This document shows, piece after piece, positions 1 through 10,461 of a DNA stretch of 64,000 bases. Source of the DNA: a virus; the IMG/VR virus record IMGVR_UViG_3300035210_000189, positions 1 through 64,000 of that record; one strand, given 5' to 3'. The notes under the pieces are model-generated. The model was not told the origin of the DNA, ran no database searches, and saw only the letters and a list, made by a program, of their open reading frames with translations. Position 1 is the stretch's first letter. Every line of letters begins with the position of its first letter. A program made the translations under genes and the position numbers.

Positions 1-1173
1 TCCAAAATAGAAAGTTTCAAAGCGGCTGCTCAATTGGGTAACACCATTCAGAATCATAAGTATATTGGACATGAAATTCATGAACTTAATGCGGATACCA
101 TTAAAGGCTTAAAAGATGATGTAGCGGGCACTGTCAAAGTGTTTGAAAACCCATTCTGGAAAGGTAACTACATTGAAATAAATGTAACCAAAGACCAGTC
201 AAACCATTTTGTCTTTCCTAACCCTTATTCATTTGAAGCCACTTCAAAGAACTCATTATTGTTAGTTGATAACAGTGAACAAAAATTATATTACAATAAT
301 CAACAAGCCCTTGAATATGCAAAATACAGTGGAACTACCAATATTGAATTAATGACTAAATATATTGTCTACCATGAATCAGCACATGCTTCTTTTAGGC
401 AAGCATTTAGGTTAGGCTCGGATATGGATATTTTAAAAGGTGAGGTTCATTCAGATATTACAGCATTAACCATGATTGGTGTTGAAGCTAGAAGTTTAAA
501 TGAATTTAATGAAGCTGCAGATATGCTTATGGCATTAAGAGTTAAGTCCTTAGAAGCTGGTGATTATGGTCACAATGACTCTTATGCGATCAGTGAATTA
601 AAGAAAGTGATTAATGAAAACCCTGATCTATTAAAGATGAAAGTTACTGACATTGCTGAGTTCTCTTATATCTTAACTGATACTCTTTTCAAAGAAAATG
701 TTAAACAAAATAATTTACAATTATTAGAGCGACTTGGCATCACGCTTGATAGAAAAAGTATTTTCAATGATTTAAAAGCTAATAGAAATTTAGACTTATA
801 TGATTCAGTCGGTGTTAAATTGACCAATAATTATGGTTTCAGAAGTGAAACTATTACCATGAGTGGAATTGATTCAAGAATTGAAAACTTTGCTAAAAAG
901 ATAGAAAAAGAGATGAAAGACCACATGCAATTCGATGCTGTCAGTACGTTAATGTTTAGAGACAATGGTGGTGATGTTGCCAGAACGACAAAGGCTATTC
1001 ACGACAATGTGAAAAACCATCCAATCATTTCACAAGCCGTGATTGATCCTATTAAACAAAAAGTGCATATAGATGGTTTAGAATACGATTTGTCAAAAGT
1101 GAACGACATTCGTTTACAACAGATTGCAAAAGAATCTCAAACGTATGTCAACAAACAAAACTATAAGCTATAA
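1..1173 (+). CDS. Zincin-like (HExxH) metallopeptidase-fold protein, 5' partial
   Basis: YIVYHESAH followed by E-VHSD; frame is open back to base 1, so the gene probably starts upstream of the window. Confidence 0.6.
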   Translation, partial: SKIESFKAAAQLGNTIQNHKYIGHEIHELNADTIKGLKDDVAGTVKVFENPFWKGNYIEINVTKDQSNHFVFPNPYSFEATSKNSLLLVDNSEQKLYYNNQQALEYAKYSGTTNIELMTKYIVYHESAHASFRQAFRLGSDMDILKGEVHSDITALTMIGVEARSLNEFNEAADMLMALRVKSLEAGDYGHNDSYAISELKKVINENPDLLKMKVTDIAEFSYILTDTLFKENVKQNNLQLLERLGITLDRKSIFNDLKANRNLDLYDSVGVKLTNNYGFRSETITMSGIDSRIENFAKKIEKEMKDHMQFDAVSTLMFRDNGGDVARTTKAIHDNVKNHPIISQAVIDPIKQKVHIDGLEYDLSKVNDIRLQQIAKESQTYVNKQNYKL

Positions 1174-1177
1174 CAAA

Positions 1178-1197
1178 GGCACTTAGGTGCCCTATTT
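1178..1197 (+). terminator. Intrinsic terminator
   Basis: GGCAC-TTAG-GTGCC hairpin just after the stop; same hairpin recurs at ~37832 and as a TTCG-loop variant at ~36213. Confidence 0.6.
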
Positions 1198-1308
1198 GTT
1201 AATACATCAAAACATCTGTTGGTTATTATCTCTTTTTTCTTTAAAAAATTGCGATAGATGCTTAGTTGTGGTATCATTAGTCATCTTAAACAGAACGGAG
1301 TTATCGAA

Positions 1309-1539
1309 ATGTCCATTAAGCCTAAAGACGAAGTAGTCATGAAATCGAGTGTTATTAAACGTACTCACCACTCTGACTTTGCAAAAAACTTTAAAGGCGT
1401 TGTTACGCAAATTGTTGGTAACACTGCAGATGTTCAAACTGCTACTGGTATTCGTTCAGTTCCTGTTGCTAATCTCTCTGTTGTTCGCAATGTGTTTGAT
1501 GCTAGAACTAACAAGACATCTCGCCTTATTGTTGATTAA
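1309..1539 (+). CDS. Small hypothetical protein (SH3/KOW-like beta barrel pattern)
   Basis: GGAG RBS before ATG 1309; IKPKDEVV...GVVTQIVGNTADV. Confidence 0.6.
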   Translation: MSIKPKDEVVMKSSVIKRTHHSDFAKNFKGVVTQIVGNTADVQTATGIRSVPVANLSVVRNVFDARTNKTSRLIVD

Positions 1540-2114
1540 TTTTCCTGTATATACAACATCCTTTTGCCAGACCATACATTTTTGTTGGCGAGTAGCCTAA
1601 TAACCATGTATGTTTCTGGCTCATCATAGGAGGCCATTTTTCGAGTGGTGTATTGTGGTTGTTTGTCACTGTCTAAATCAAACGAAAAAGTGTCAATTTT
1701 TAACCCTTGTGGAATTGAAATTCGTTCAATACCTTTTGAGACTTCCTCTTTGGTAAATATGTTTTCTTCTGTATTCATTGATTCTTGTTGAAACCCTTTT
1801 TCGTTAAAGCACGCAATTAAAGTGATGTCTTGGTCAGTTTTATTTTTCTTGGAAATACAAATCTGCTCATACACATCAGTGATCGATCTCTCTCTTGTAC
1901 TAATAGATGGATTGTACATTTTTGTGTTTAAACTGACATTGATAGTTTTCTTGTTTTCAGGTATTTCAACAGCCGTCGAACCTGATTCCAATGAATAGAT
2001 TTTATACTCTGGTTCAGCATTCATTTCATTCTCTTTTGAATCCTTATGCGTTGAACAGGCTGACACCAGCATTACTAATGCACCCAGTAAGATAAGTTTA
2101 CTCATTTTCATCAT
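1536..2114 (-). CDS. Putative lipoprotein
   Basis: Signal peptide with lipobox LVSAC; GAGG RBS. Confidence 0.7.
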   Translation of the reverse strand: MMKMSKLILLGALVMLVSACSTHKDSKENEMNAEPEYKIYSLESGSTAVEIPENKKTINVSLNTKMYNPSISTRERSITDVYEQICISKKNKTDQDITLIACFNEKGFQQESMNTEENIFTKEEVSKGIERISIPQGLKIDTFSFDLDSDKQPQYTTRKMASYDEPETYMVIRLLANKNVWSGKRMLYIQEN

Positions 2115-2184
2115 TTAGACCTCTTTATGCTTATTTTTGCAAGTTATCATATCAATTTTTTCTTTTAAGTCAATGACAAAGTGA

Positions 2185-2213
2185 TTGATGGTATAGCAGT
2201 ATTATGCTATAAT
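2185..2213 (+). promoter_or_regulatory. Sigma70-type promoter with extended -10
   Basis: TTGATG-17 nt-TATAAT with TG before the -10; a parallel copy lies at 2763-2791. Confidence 0.65.
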
Positions 2214-2246
2214 CTACATTCATAAATAGCACTCATCGGAGTTCAT

Positions 2247-2735
2247 ATGTTTAAATCTCTCGTTTTTTTTGTTGCAATGATTTTTTCTTCTGTTGGTTTT
2301 GCAGACGGATTTCCGCTTAAACAAGTGTCATTCAATGGAATTAATTTTACAATGAGTTTTTCAGATGTTGCAGGCAAGGGGTTTTTGTGTGATTTTAAAA
2401 AATGTAAGAAAGATAAAAATACGCTTATTTTTGATAATGAACATATGAAATCAATGTCTTTTAAAGTTGACTATAAATCAGATTTGACGTGCAATGACTT
2501 TTCTAATGATGTTGAAAAATCTATTTCTGCTAAATATGGTTTTTATCAAAATTATAATCATAAGGCATTGCGAGCACCACATCGTGTATCTCGTATCATT
2601 AATACTGATGCTGGCTCAGTTGAAATGACTGTTACTTGCAGCAGTAATGAATATTATGATGGTGTAACAACTGTTTATACTCGATTAAAATATATTGGTT
2701 TGCCGGGAAGCGACTTTTCAGCATCTCTCAATTAA
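2247..2735 (+). CDS. Exported Cys-containing protein, family A
   Basis: Signal peptide; SFNGINF.MS...GF.C...C; paralog of 2823 and 38913. Confidence 0.8.
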   Translation: MFKSLVFFVAMIFSSVGFADGFPLKQVSFNGINFTMSFSDVAGKGFLCDFKKCKKDKNTLIFDNEHMKSMSFKVDYKSDLTCNDFSNDVEKSISAKYGFYQNYNHKALRAPHRVSRIINTDAGSVEMTVTCSSNEYYDGVTTVYTRLKYIGLPGSDFSASLN

Positions 2736-2822
2736 ATCAGTCTACTTTCAATAGTAAAGTGATTGAATCAATATTGGAATTATGATATAATAAAGCCTAA
2801 TAAATAGCACCTCGGAGTTCAT

Positions 2823-3317
2823 ATGTTTAAATCTCTTGTTGTTTTTGTTGCAATGATTTTTTCAGCTATCGTATCTGCCGCTAGTATTCCTGTTGAAAAT
2901 GTTTCTTTTAACGAAATTAACTTTTCTATGGATTGGTCATCTTTAAATTCTCGTGGATATGACTGCACTGTATCTCGATGCTACAAAGGCGATATGGATG
3001 TGACGTTTGAGCATAATCGAATGAAAACGATAGTTAATAAAGTTCGATACAGTTCAAATTTGGATTGTGCAAAAATGATTGATGGTATCAATGATTCTAT
3101 TTACAAACGTTATTTGACAGAACAGAATTATAATCCTATTGGGATTGAACGTCCTGATCCTACACAAACTTCTCGGACAATCAATAGTAGTGTTGGCAAA
3201 ATCACAATGAATGTTGTTTGTAAGTCAGGTGATCCTTCTAACAACATTTCAACGATTACTACTGAAATGTATTTTACTGATTTACCTGTCCATGTTTTTG
3301 CAGCTTCGCTTAAATAA
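2823..3317 (+). CDS. Exported Cys-containing protein, family A
   Basis: Tandem paralog of 2247 with near-identical leader and N-terminus. Confidence 0.8.
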   Translation: MFKSLVVFVAMIFSAIVSAASIPVENVSFNEINFSMDWSSLNSRGYDCTVSRCYKGDMDVTFEHNRMKTIVNKVRYSSNLDCAKMIDGINDSIYKRYLTEQNYNPIGIERPDPTQTSRTINSSVGKITMNVVCKSGDPSNNISTITTEMYFTDLPVHVFAASLK

Positions 3318-3328
3318 GGATATTGATT

Positions 3329-3820
3329 ATGGATAACATCATTAAAAAGTCTCCTAAGTTTAATCGCCTACTTTTTGGTGATGATAACGTGCTTATTCTA
3401 AGTAACAAGCATATGCAGGTTCATATGGATGTTTATCCATTGCTTGAAGAAGCCTTATCTATGTTTACACCGACAAAAGAAACCATTCAGAAACCTGTGA
3501 TTATGTTTGATCGTATCATAGGCTCCACTATTTGTGTGAAAACAACGCCTGAAGATGAAATTGTGTATGCAAAGAGGAAGGGGCGTAAATGGAAGTCTAG
3601 AATGGTCAAAAACAGAACACCTACACCTTCTAATGAGTTGACCTTTGTTGTTAAACGATGTAAGAATAACATTTACCGTTTATTGACAGCTTATGTGGGT
3701 GGGCAATCAGAACGCGAACCTGATGATACCAATATTCGAACAGATGAAGAACATGATCGCTGTGTTGAATTTTGGAGTAATCATGCACTTCTTTACATTG
3801 AAGAAGACCTTGCTCGTTAA
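3329..3820 (+). CDS. Hypothetical protein (phage-like)
   Basis: AAGGA RBS; clean ORF followed by a terminator. Confidence 0.75.
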   Translation: MDNIIKKSPKFNRLLFGDDNVLILSNKHMQVHMDVYPLLEEALSMFTPTKETIQKPVIMFDRIIGSTICVKTTPEDEIVYAKRKGRKWKSRMVKNRTPTPSNELTFVVKRCKNNIYRLLTAYVGGQSEREPDDTNIRTDEEHDRCVEFWSNHALLYIEEDLAR

Positions 3821-3826
3821 TTAACT

Positions 3827-3854
3827 AAAAAAGACTTCCGAAGAAGTCTTTTTT
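3827..3854. terminator. Bidirectional intrinsic terminator
   Basis: A6-GACTTC-CGAA-GAAGTC-T6 between convergent genes. Confidence 0.8.
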
Positions 3855-3866
3855 ATTTGTTTTATT

Positions 3867-6224
3867 TTAACCTGCTCTACATGTTGCACTACTTATTGCA
3901 CCCGCTCCTGAAACTTTGTAATATGTTTTACCATCGTTTCCTACCACTGATAGTATATTTTTAGCTGCTGGTGTGTTTCCAACTGTGAGTTGTTTGAAAT
4001 AAACTTGAACGCCATTCCATGTTACACTCATTTGTGGATGTGGAGTAATTATCCAAGTATTTGGAATACCATTACACGTATAAGCTGTTCCTACAATATA
4101 TTGTGCGGTTTGAGCAACACCAACAGATTGTGTTTCTGCAATAGCAGCACCATTATTTCGTACTACACCAGTGGCTGTTTCTTGTTGACGTTCTTGTCTG
4201 TAACGAACTTGAGGTTGATAACATGTGCTATTACTGTATGCACCCGTACCAGAAGGTATATCGGCAGCAGTTGGCGACCACGCTGTGCAGCTTGAATAAC
4301 CACCATTATTGGCCCAAGCTGTGTAAGTTGGAGCTATATATACCCAGTTTTCAACTTGCACATTGATTGTTTTAGAAACCGTTGTTCCTGCAACACTTGT
4401 TCCTGTTACAGTATAAGTAAATGTTCCTGCTGCTGTTGGTGTGATTGCTCTTGATAATGCTGAACCCACTGAAACACCTGTTGTTGCTATACCTGATCCA
4501 TTATTATTAGATGAAACGGCATAACTAACAATATCTTGACCTGTCCAACTAAGCGTAAATGATGTATTGATATTCACAACAGATGGAGCCGTTAAGTTCC
4601 CTAATACTGGATTGCTGGCTACGTTTACAGTTACTGATTTTACTGGACTGTATCTGGTTACACCGTTAATTGTTTTAGTTGCCGCCATGTAATAACTGTA
4701 ACTACCTATTCCCATTGGTGCATTTGATGGATGTGAAGCTACGGCATCATTAGCACTTGTTCTTGGTTGAGTAACTGCACCAACACTTGCACCTGAACCC
4801 ACAAAGGATAATGCAGCGTTAGGAGCTACCGTCACAGCCGCTTGACCATTTACAGTAAAGCTACCTAATGTTGGGTTAGCTTCAACAGCAACTGTGGTTG
4901 TCTTAACCAATTCTTTGTTAACAAGGTTAGTGCCTGTAATCGTATATTCAAAACTACCCGCTGCTGTAGGTGTAACCGTATACGTTGTTGCAGTTCCAAC
5001 ATCTTGTGAACCACTTACACCCGAGCCTGATCCATTTGCTGACAACTTGTAATTGGATATGTTACTACCTGACCAGTTGAAAACAACAGGAGCGTTGATA
5101 AAACTACTTGATGGTCCTGAGAATGATGGTAATGCACCTGCACCAACCACGTTCACACTGATAGTTTTATCAATGGTCTTTCCAGCACCGTTAGTTCCGA
5201 TTAATACATAATTTTTTGAACCTGTTGTGTCCGCAACAGCCGTGTGATGACCATTGGCAACTGTTGTTCCATTCAATGAGTAACTTTCATTATTAGAACC
5301 TGTCCATGTGAAATCTAAGGCGTCATTCTGTTCAACCGTTATCGCTGTATCGCTGTTATTAATTTTATATGAAGCAATGGTTGGAAGGCCATAAACAGTT
5401 ACATTGATTGGACTACTTATATCTTCAAGTCCGCTTAAACTGGTGGTTTTCAATGTGTAATCAAAACTACCTACACTGCTCAGTGTTACTGTTTTAGAAG
5501 TATCTATTTTATTGACTGCACCAAACGGACTTAACTCCAAACCTTCACTATCATTGACAGCCCAATTAAATGTTACGTTTTCGCCAACAGTTAGCTTCGT
5601 TTTGTCACTTGTAAAACTGTTTACTTTTGAAGTGTTTACCACATCAATAGCAACTGAACGGCTGGTGCTGTTTTCATTATTATAACCTCTGACAGACATT
5701 TTGTAAGTAGTATCTTGTGTTGGAACTACTGAGTAGTTTCCAGAAAGACTTACGTTACCAATGGCATTATCTATGCTCACTGCTTCAGCATCAGTAACAT
5801 TCCAGTTTAGTTTAACGGGTTGACCAAAACCTACTTTCAATTTATCAGCAGTGAAACTAACAACAGGTGTTGGTTGGATTACTGTAAGTTTTAATGTTTT
5901 TTCTTCTATTTTTTTATTGTTATCCAAAGTAATAATGTAATCGGTGGTTACTAATGGTGATAATGGATATGAACCAAAATAGGAAGACTCATCAAAATTC
6001 TTATCTGACGAAACAACTTTTAAACTTTTAAGATAATTGTAGTTCCAATTTAAAGCTGTTGATTCTCCACGATTAATAGTTGCAGGTGCAAACTCTATTG
6101 TTCCTGTAATTTCATCAGGAGTGTCGATACTCATGTGCTGTGGATCTAGTGGCATTCTTACCATATAACTGGCAGACGCTATTGAAACTGTCAAGGCTGA
6201 CAGAACTATTATTTTCTTATTCAT
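3867..6224 (-). CDS. Large secreted Ig/PKD-like repeat surface protein (putative adhesin)
   Basis: Signal peptide; repeated Thr/Ser/Gly-rich beta modules (LxW..G, TY.LT..N); W/C-rich C-terminal module; paralog of 7570. Confidence 0.8.
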   Translation of the reverse strand: MNKKIIVLSALTVSIASASYMVRMPLDPQHMSIDTPDEITGTIEFAPATINRGESTALNWNYNYLKSLKVVSSDKNFDESSYFGSYPLSPLVTTDYIITLDNNKKIEEKTLKLTVIQPTPVVSFTADKLKVGFGQPVKLNWNVTDAEAVSIDNAIGNVSLSGNYSVVPTQDTTYKMSVRGYNNENSTSRSVAIDVVNTSKVNSFTSDKTKLTVGENVTFNWAVNDSEGLELSPFGAVNKIDTSKTVTLSSVGSFDYTLKTTSLSGLEDISSPINVTVYGLPTIASYKINNSDTAITVEQNDALDFTWTGSNNESYSLNGTTVANGHHTAVADTTGSKNYVLIGTNGAGKTIDKTISVNVVGAGALPSFSGPSSSFINAPVVFNWSGSNISNYKLSANGSGSGVSGSQDVGTATTYTVTPTAAGSFEYTITGTNLVNKELVKTTTVAVEANPTLGSFTVNGQAAVTVAPNAALSFVGSGASVGAVTQPRTSANDAVASHPSNAPMGIGSYSYYMAATKTINGVTRYSPVKSVTVNVASNPVLGNLTAPSVVNINTSFTLSWTGQDIVSYAVSSNNNGSGIATTGVSVGSALSRAITPTAAGTFTYTVTGTSVAGTTVSKTINVQVENWVYIAPTYTAWANNGGYSSCTAWSPTAADIPSGTGAYSNSTCYQPQVRYRQERQQETATGVVRNNGAAIAETQSVGVAQTAQYIVGTAYTCNGIPNTWIITPHPQMSVTWNGVQVYFKQLTVGNTPAAKNILSVVGNDGKTYYKVSGAGAISSATCRAG

Positions 6225-6425
6225 ATCTCTACATATGTTGTTTTTATAATATTATTATACCATATTTTATACGCATAACAATTTGTTTTTCACAAAAAAT
6301 TCACGTTTTTTTTACATAATACTCATTATTAATAATTATTTTGTATTCCATCCTATTTTATCTTTCTATTATTGTTTGAATTATTACCAATATTAAATTT
6401 AAAATATATTTTAATCTTATTATCC

Positions 6426-6613
6426 TGTTACTTTGCGTTACGACGACAAAAAATCTCGATAATGTGTTACTTTGCCATAAAAAGAACTAAAATAGTGTTA
6501 CATGTCTGAATTGTGTAACTATATGACACATTTTGGTAGTTGATTTCCCTGAAATACTTGATATAATGTGGTTACAAATTAGCGAATTTCTAATTTCTCT
6601 CGAAAAATGTAAC
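6426..6613. repeat. Cluster of GTTAC/GTAAC boxes in divergent promoter region
   Basis: GTTAC at 6427, 6437, 6466, 6497, 6571; GTAAC at 6515, 6609. Confidence 0.45.
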
Positions 6614-6692
6614 TATCTAATATAATTTATTGAGCTGTTGGTATAACCATAGTTCTGCTTGATTAACTAAACTAAAAAATAAAGGTGATAAA

Positions 6693-6944
6693 ATGTTCTT
6701 AAATACTATCAGTATAACTAAACAACTTTTGAAGACTGGCCGTCTTGAAATGAACTACAACGAAAAGAATTTTCGTAAAAAGTACGAACTTGGTTTCTGG
6801 GAAGTTTATCAAGATGTTCATTCAGTTTCAAAAAATATTATCAGTGGTCCATACAGAGTCTTCAGACCTATCTACAAAACTGGAACGCTTGATAAGTTGA
6901 ATTCAAAACTTGAAAAATTGACAGCTCAATCTTCTCTTTATTGA
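6693..6944 (+). CDS. Hypothetical protein
   Basis: AAGGTG RBS; terminator hairpin at ~6970-6997. Confidence 0.6.
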   Translation: MFLNTISITKQLLKTGRLEMNYNEKNFRKKYELGFWEVYQDVHSVSKNIISGPYRVFRPIYKTGTLDKLNSKLEKLTAQSSLY

Positions 6945-7066
6945 GATGATTGTTCTTTTATTGTATAACAAAAGACCCTTTTCGAAGGGTTTTTTTGTTG
7001 ACTTAAAAACAAACAAATGATATTATAACGCCTCTTAATAAGTCAACCACTCAATAAGGAAGCATA

Positions 7067-7273
7067 ATGAAAATTAAAGAAACTTACAAGGTGTTAGGCG
7101 ATGATTGGTGGAAAGTTCCGAATGGTTCATTTGTTGTCACCACGGATACGCTTATTGTTACTGATGTCACCGATGAGAAAACAATCTTTGATGTTTATCG
7201 TAACGAGTCCGTAATTGGACAACTTCGTGTTCAACATGCTTTTGTAAAAGAAGACTTTGAAAAAATTAATTAA
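7067..7273 (+). CDS. Hypothetical protein
   Basis: TAAGGA RBS; upstream TTGACT. Confidence 0.7.
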   Translation: MKIKETYKVLGDDWWKVPNGSFVVTTDTLIVTDVTDEKTIFDVYRNESVIGQLRVQHAFVKEDFEKIN

Positions 7274-7288
7274 ACTGAGGATAACCAT

Positions 7289-7522
7289 ATGAGTGTTGGT
7301 TGCTGCAATATTTCAGGTGTTAAATACATTTCCGAAAACGGTGAAATGATTCAGTCTGTTTTTCAAAAACATTATGGTGTTTCTGCAAGCTTGTCTGATT
7401 CAGAAGAAATCAATATGTTCACACAAAAAACAGTCCCCATTAAATTGATTCATGTAAATGGAAGCTCCAGTAAGTTTTGCATGTGTGGTTGCCACAAGGT
7501 TGGCATTTACATGGATCATTGA
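7289..7522 (+). CDS. Small Cys-rich hypothetical protein
   Basis: GAGGA RBS; GCC and CMCGCH motifs. Confidence 0.7.
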   Translation: MSVGCCNISGVKYISENGEMIQSVFQKHYGVSASLSDSEEINMFTQKTVPIKLIHVNGSSSKFCMCGCHKVGIYMDH

Positions 7523-7526
7523 CAAC

Positions 7527-7550
7527 AAAAAAGACGCTTAGGCGTCTTTT
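7527..7550. terminator. Bidirectional intrinsic terminator
   Basis: A6-GACGC-TTAG-GCGTC-T4. Confidence 0.8.
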
Positions 7551-7569
7551 CTATTTTTCAGTTATGGTA

Positions 7570-10461
7570 TTAACCATTTCTACATGCATACCATCTTAAA
7601 CTACTTACTTGTGCTCCTTTTGTATAAGTATAACCATCCCAACCTGCCATTTGTGTTATGTTAACAGCACCCGGAAATGCAGTGGATGTTGCTTTCGAAC
7701 CGCCCTCCCATACAACCTGAGCACCGGTATTACCGCCCTGAAATACAACAACAACCCAGTAGTTACTTGCGTCATATCGACATGTTGTGGTTGGTTTTGT
7801 TCCCACAGCATATTGTGTATTTGGCTGGTTTGTTAACGTTTGTGACTCGCCTACGGCTGTTGTATTTCTCACTTCACCCGTTGCTACTTCTTGTATACGA
7901 TCTTGGCGAGTTCTTGATTGGTTCAAGTAACAGTATTGTGTTTGATAAAAACCTGTTCCTGCGTTAACAGTGCTGGCATCTGGGGAGAATGCACTACAAC
8001 TGTAAAAACCACTACTATTTACCCATCCAGTGTAAGTAGGTGCAATTGCTACCCACTGTTCTACTTTAACGTTTCCAGATACTTTTGCTGTTGCAGCACC
8101 AATGGAGTTTGTTGCTGTTACTGTGTAATTATAGGTGCCAGCCGCTTGTGGTGTTACTGACAGTGCAGCACCCGTTCCTGTTGATACACCTGCAACTGCG
8201 ACACCAGAAGCCGCCACGTTTCCTTTAACTGTATAGTTTGCTACGTCTGTCCCACTCCATGATAATGTAAATGCAGAACCATAGTTAATTACTGTTGGAG
8301 CTGATATTGTACCAATGGTTGGTGCATTCACAACAGAAACTGTTACTGATCTTAATGGGCTATACTTATTTACTCCATTTAATGTTTTAGCTGCAGCCAT
8401 ATAGTAAGTATAAGTTCCAGCCGTGGAAGGAGCTGTTGCTGGGAACGTTAAATTACCATCATTTCCATTGGTTCTTGCTTGTCCGATTGCTCCTGAACTT
8501 ATACCACTGCCTACAAATGATAATGCAGTGTTAGGAGCTACACTTATTGCCGTTGAACCATTTACAGTAAAACCGCCTAGTGTTGGTATATTTTCAACGA
8601 TTACAGTATAATCTGCATCCAATGTTGCACCAGCCATGTTTGTTGCCACTAATTTATAAGCGTATGTACCTGCTGTGTTTGAACTGGTAGAATAACTTGT
8701 GCTTGTACCTAAATCAACACCGCTTGGACTTACACCAGAAGCAGCAACATCACCGTATAATGTATATTTAGAAACATTAGTGCCTGTCCAGTTAGTATTA
8801 ATAGGCTCATTAACGAATACAGCGGCTGGTCTATTTAAGCCACTCATTTTTGGATAATCAACTGTTGTAACCGTTACACTTTTTAATGCACTGTCTCTTG
8901 TTACTCCATTGATTGTTTTAGAACCTGCACCATAGTAAGTGGCTGTTCCTATTGTTGCAGAGGCTGTTGATGGTAATGCACTTGCAGTACCACTTGATGT
9001 TTTACCTATCAATGTTGCTCCGTTACTTAACCCTGTTCCCACAAATGACAATGCTTGGTTTGGACTTACTGATACAGATGATTGACCATTGACTGTCATT
9101 GATGACATTGTTGGGTCAGCTTCCACCACAACACTGGTTTTCTTCACTGTTGTTTTGCTTGCCGCATTGGTTCCTGTTAATGTGTATTCTAAACTTCCCA
9201 CTGAGGTTGGTGTAGCTGTATAGGTTAAATCAGTTCCTAAATCTTGTGATCCTGTTACGCCTGAACCTGCAACACCTGATAATTTATAGTTACTAATATT
9301 AGATCCTGTCCAGTTTAAAACAATAGGTGTATTGGCAAATGTTGTTGAAACTGTTGAGAACGATGGAATGTTACCTGTACCAACGACATTAACACTGACT
9401 GATTTATTGATTGTTTTACCGGCTCCATTTACACCAGTTAAGACATAGTTCTTAGTTCCTGTTGAAGTGTCTGCATTCAACGTATAGGTTCCATTTGAAA
9501 CCACTACCCCATTGATGTCATAACTCACATTGTTTGCACCAGCCCATGTGAAAGCTAATGGATCATTGGCTTCAACTGTTACTGATGTGTCACTGTTGTT
9601 AACTTTATATGACGTGATGGTTGGAAGACCATAAACACTCACAGCAATAGGGTTTGATGTTTTTGTCATTCCACTAAAACTGGTTGTTTTCAATGAATAG
9701 GTAAAGTCACCTACTGTCCCCATTGTGACTGCTTTACTGGTTGATGTTTTATCGACTATACCGAATGGAATCAACTCTAATCCTTCACTGTCATTAGTTG
9801 TCCAGTTAAAGGTGATATCATCACCAATGCTTACTTTCGTTTTATCAGATTGAAAACTGCCTATTGTAGAATCCTTGACAACATCAATTGAAATTGATTT
9901 GCTGGTGTTATTCTCATTGTTGTAACCTGTCACGTTGAGCTTGTAGGTGGTATCATTAACCGGCGAAACGGTATATGAACTATTTAACCCACTGATTCCT
10001 GTATTTTCAAGTAAAGCTGATTCCGCATCTGAAACATTCCATGTAAGTTTAGAAGACTGGCCTTCACCAATTTTTGTTTTATCCGCCGTAAAGTTCACCA
10101 CTGGATTAGGTTGTATAACTGTAAGTTTTAGAGTTTTTTCTTCAATTTTTTTATTATTGTCTAAGGTGATATCGTAATTAGTCGTCTTCAATGGCGATAA
10201 AGGATACGAACCAAAAGAAGCGGTTTCATTAAAGTTTTGATCGGATGATACAACTTTTAAACTCTTTATATAATTATAATTCCAGTTCAAAGCTGTTGAT
10301 TCACCACGATTGATGGTTGCAGGTACTAATTCAATAACCCCTGTAATTTCGTCAGGTGTGTCAAGGTTGATATACTTTGGGTCTAATGGGAACTGAACCA
10401 TGTAACCAGCAGACGCGATTGACATTGCCAATGCTGACAGTAATATTATCTTTTTGTTCAT
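7570..10461 (-). CDS. Large secreted Ig/PKD-like repeat surface protein (putative adhesin)
   Basis: Paralog of 3867 with extra internal repeat modules and a divergent C-terminal tip. Confidence 0.8.
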   Translation of the reverse strand: MNKKIILLSALAMSIASAGYMVQFPLDPKYINLDTPDEITGVIELVPATINRGESTALNWNYNYIKSLKVVSSDQNFNETASFGSYPLSPLKTTNYDITLDNNKKIEEKTLKLTVIQPNPVVNFTADKTKIGEGQSSKLTWNVSDAESALLENTGISGLNSSYTVSPVNDTTYKLNVTGYNNENNTSKSISIDVVKDSTIGSFQSDKTKVSIGDDITFNWTTNDSEGLELIPFGIVDKTSTSKAVTMGTVGDFTYSLKTTSFSGMTKTSNPIAVSVYGLPTITSYKVNNSDTSVTVEANDPLAFTWAGANNVSYDINGVVVSNGTYTLNADTSTGTKNYVLTGVNGAGKTINKSVSVNVVGTGNIPSFSTVSTTFANTPIVLNWTGSNISNYKLSGVAGSGVTGSQDLGTDLTYTATPTSVGSLEYTLTGTNAASKTTVKKTSVVVEADPTMSSMTVNGQSSVSVSPNQALSFVGTGLSNGATLIGKTSSGTASALPSTASATIGTATYYGAGSKTINGVTRDSALKSVTVTTVDYPKMSGLNRPAAVFVNEPINTNWTGTNVSKYTLYGDVAASGVSPSGVDLGTSTSYSTSSNTAGTYAYKLVATNMAGATLDADYTVIVENIPTLGGFTVNGSTAISVAPNTALSFVGSGISSGAIGQARTNGNDGNLTFPATAPSTAGTYTYYMAAAKTLNGVNKYSPLRSVTVSVVNAPTIGTISAPTVINYGSAFTLSWSGTDVANYTVKGNVAASGVAVAGVSTGTGAALSVTPQAAGTYNYTVTATNSIGAATAKVSGNVKVEQWVAIAPTYTGWVNSSGFYSCSAFSPDASTVNAGTGFYQTQYCYLNQSRTRQDRIQEVATGEVRNTTAVGESQTLTNQPNTQYAVGTKPTTTCRYDASNYWVVVVFQGGNTGAQVVWEGGSKATSTAFPGAVNITQMAGWDGYTYTKGAQVSSLRWYACRNG

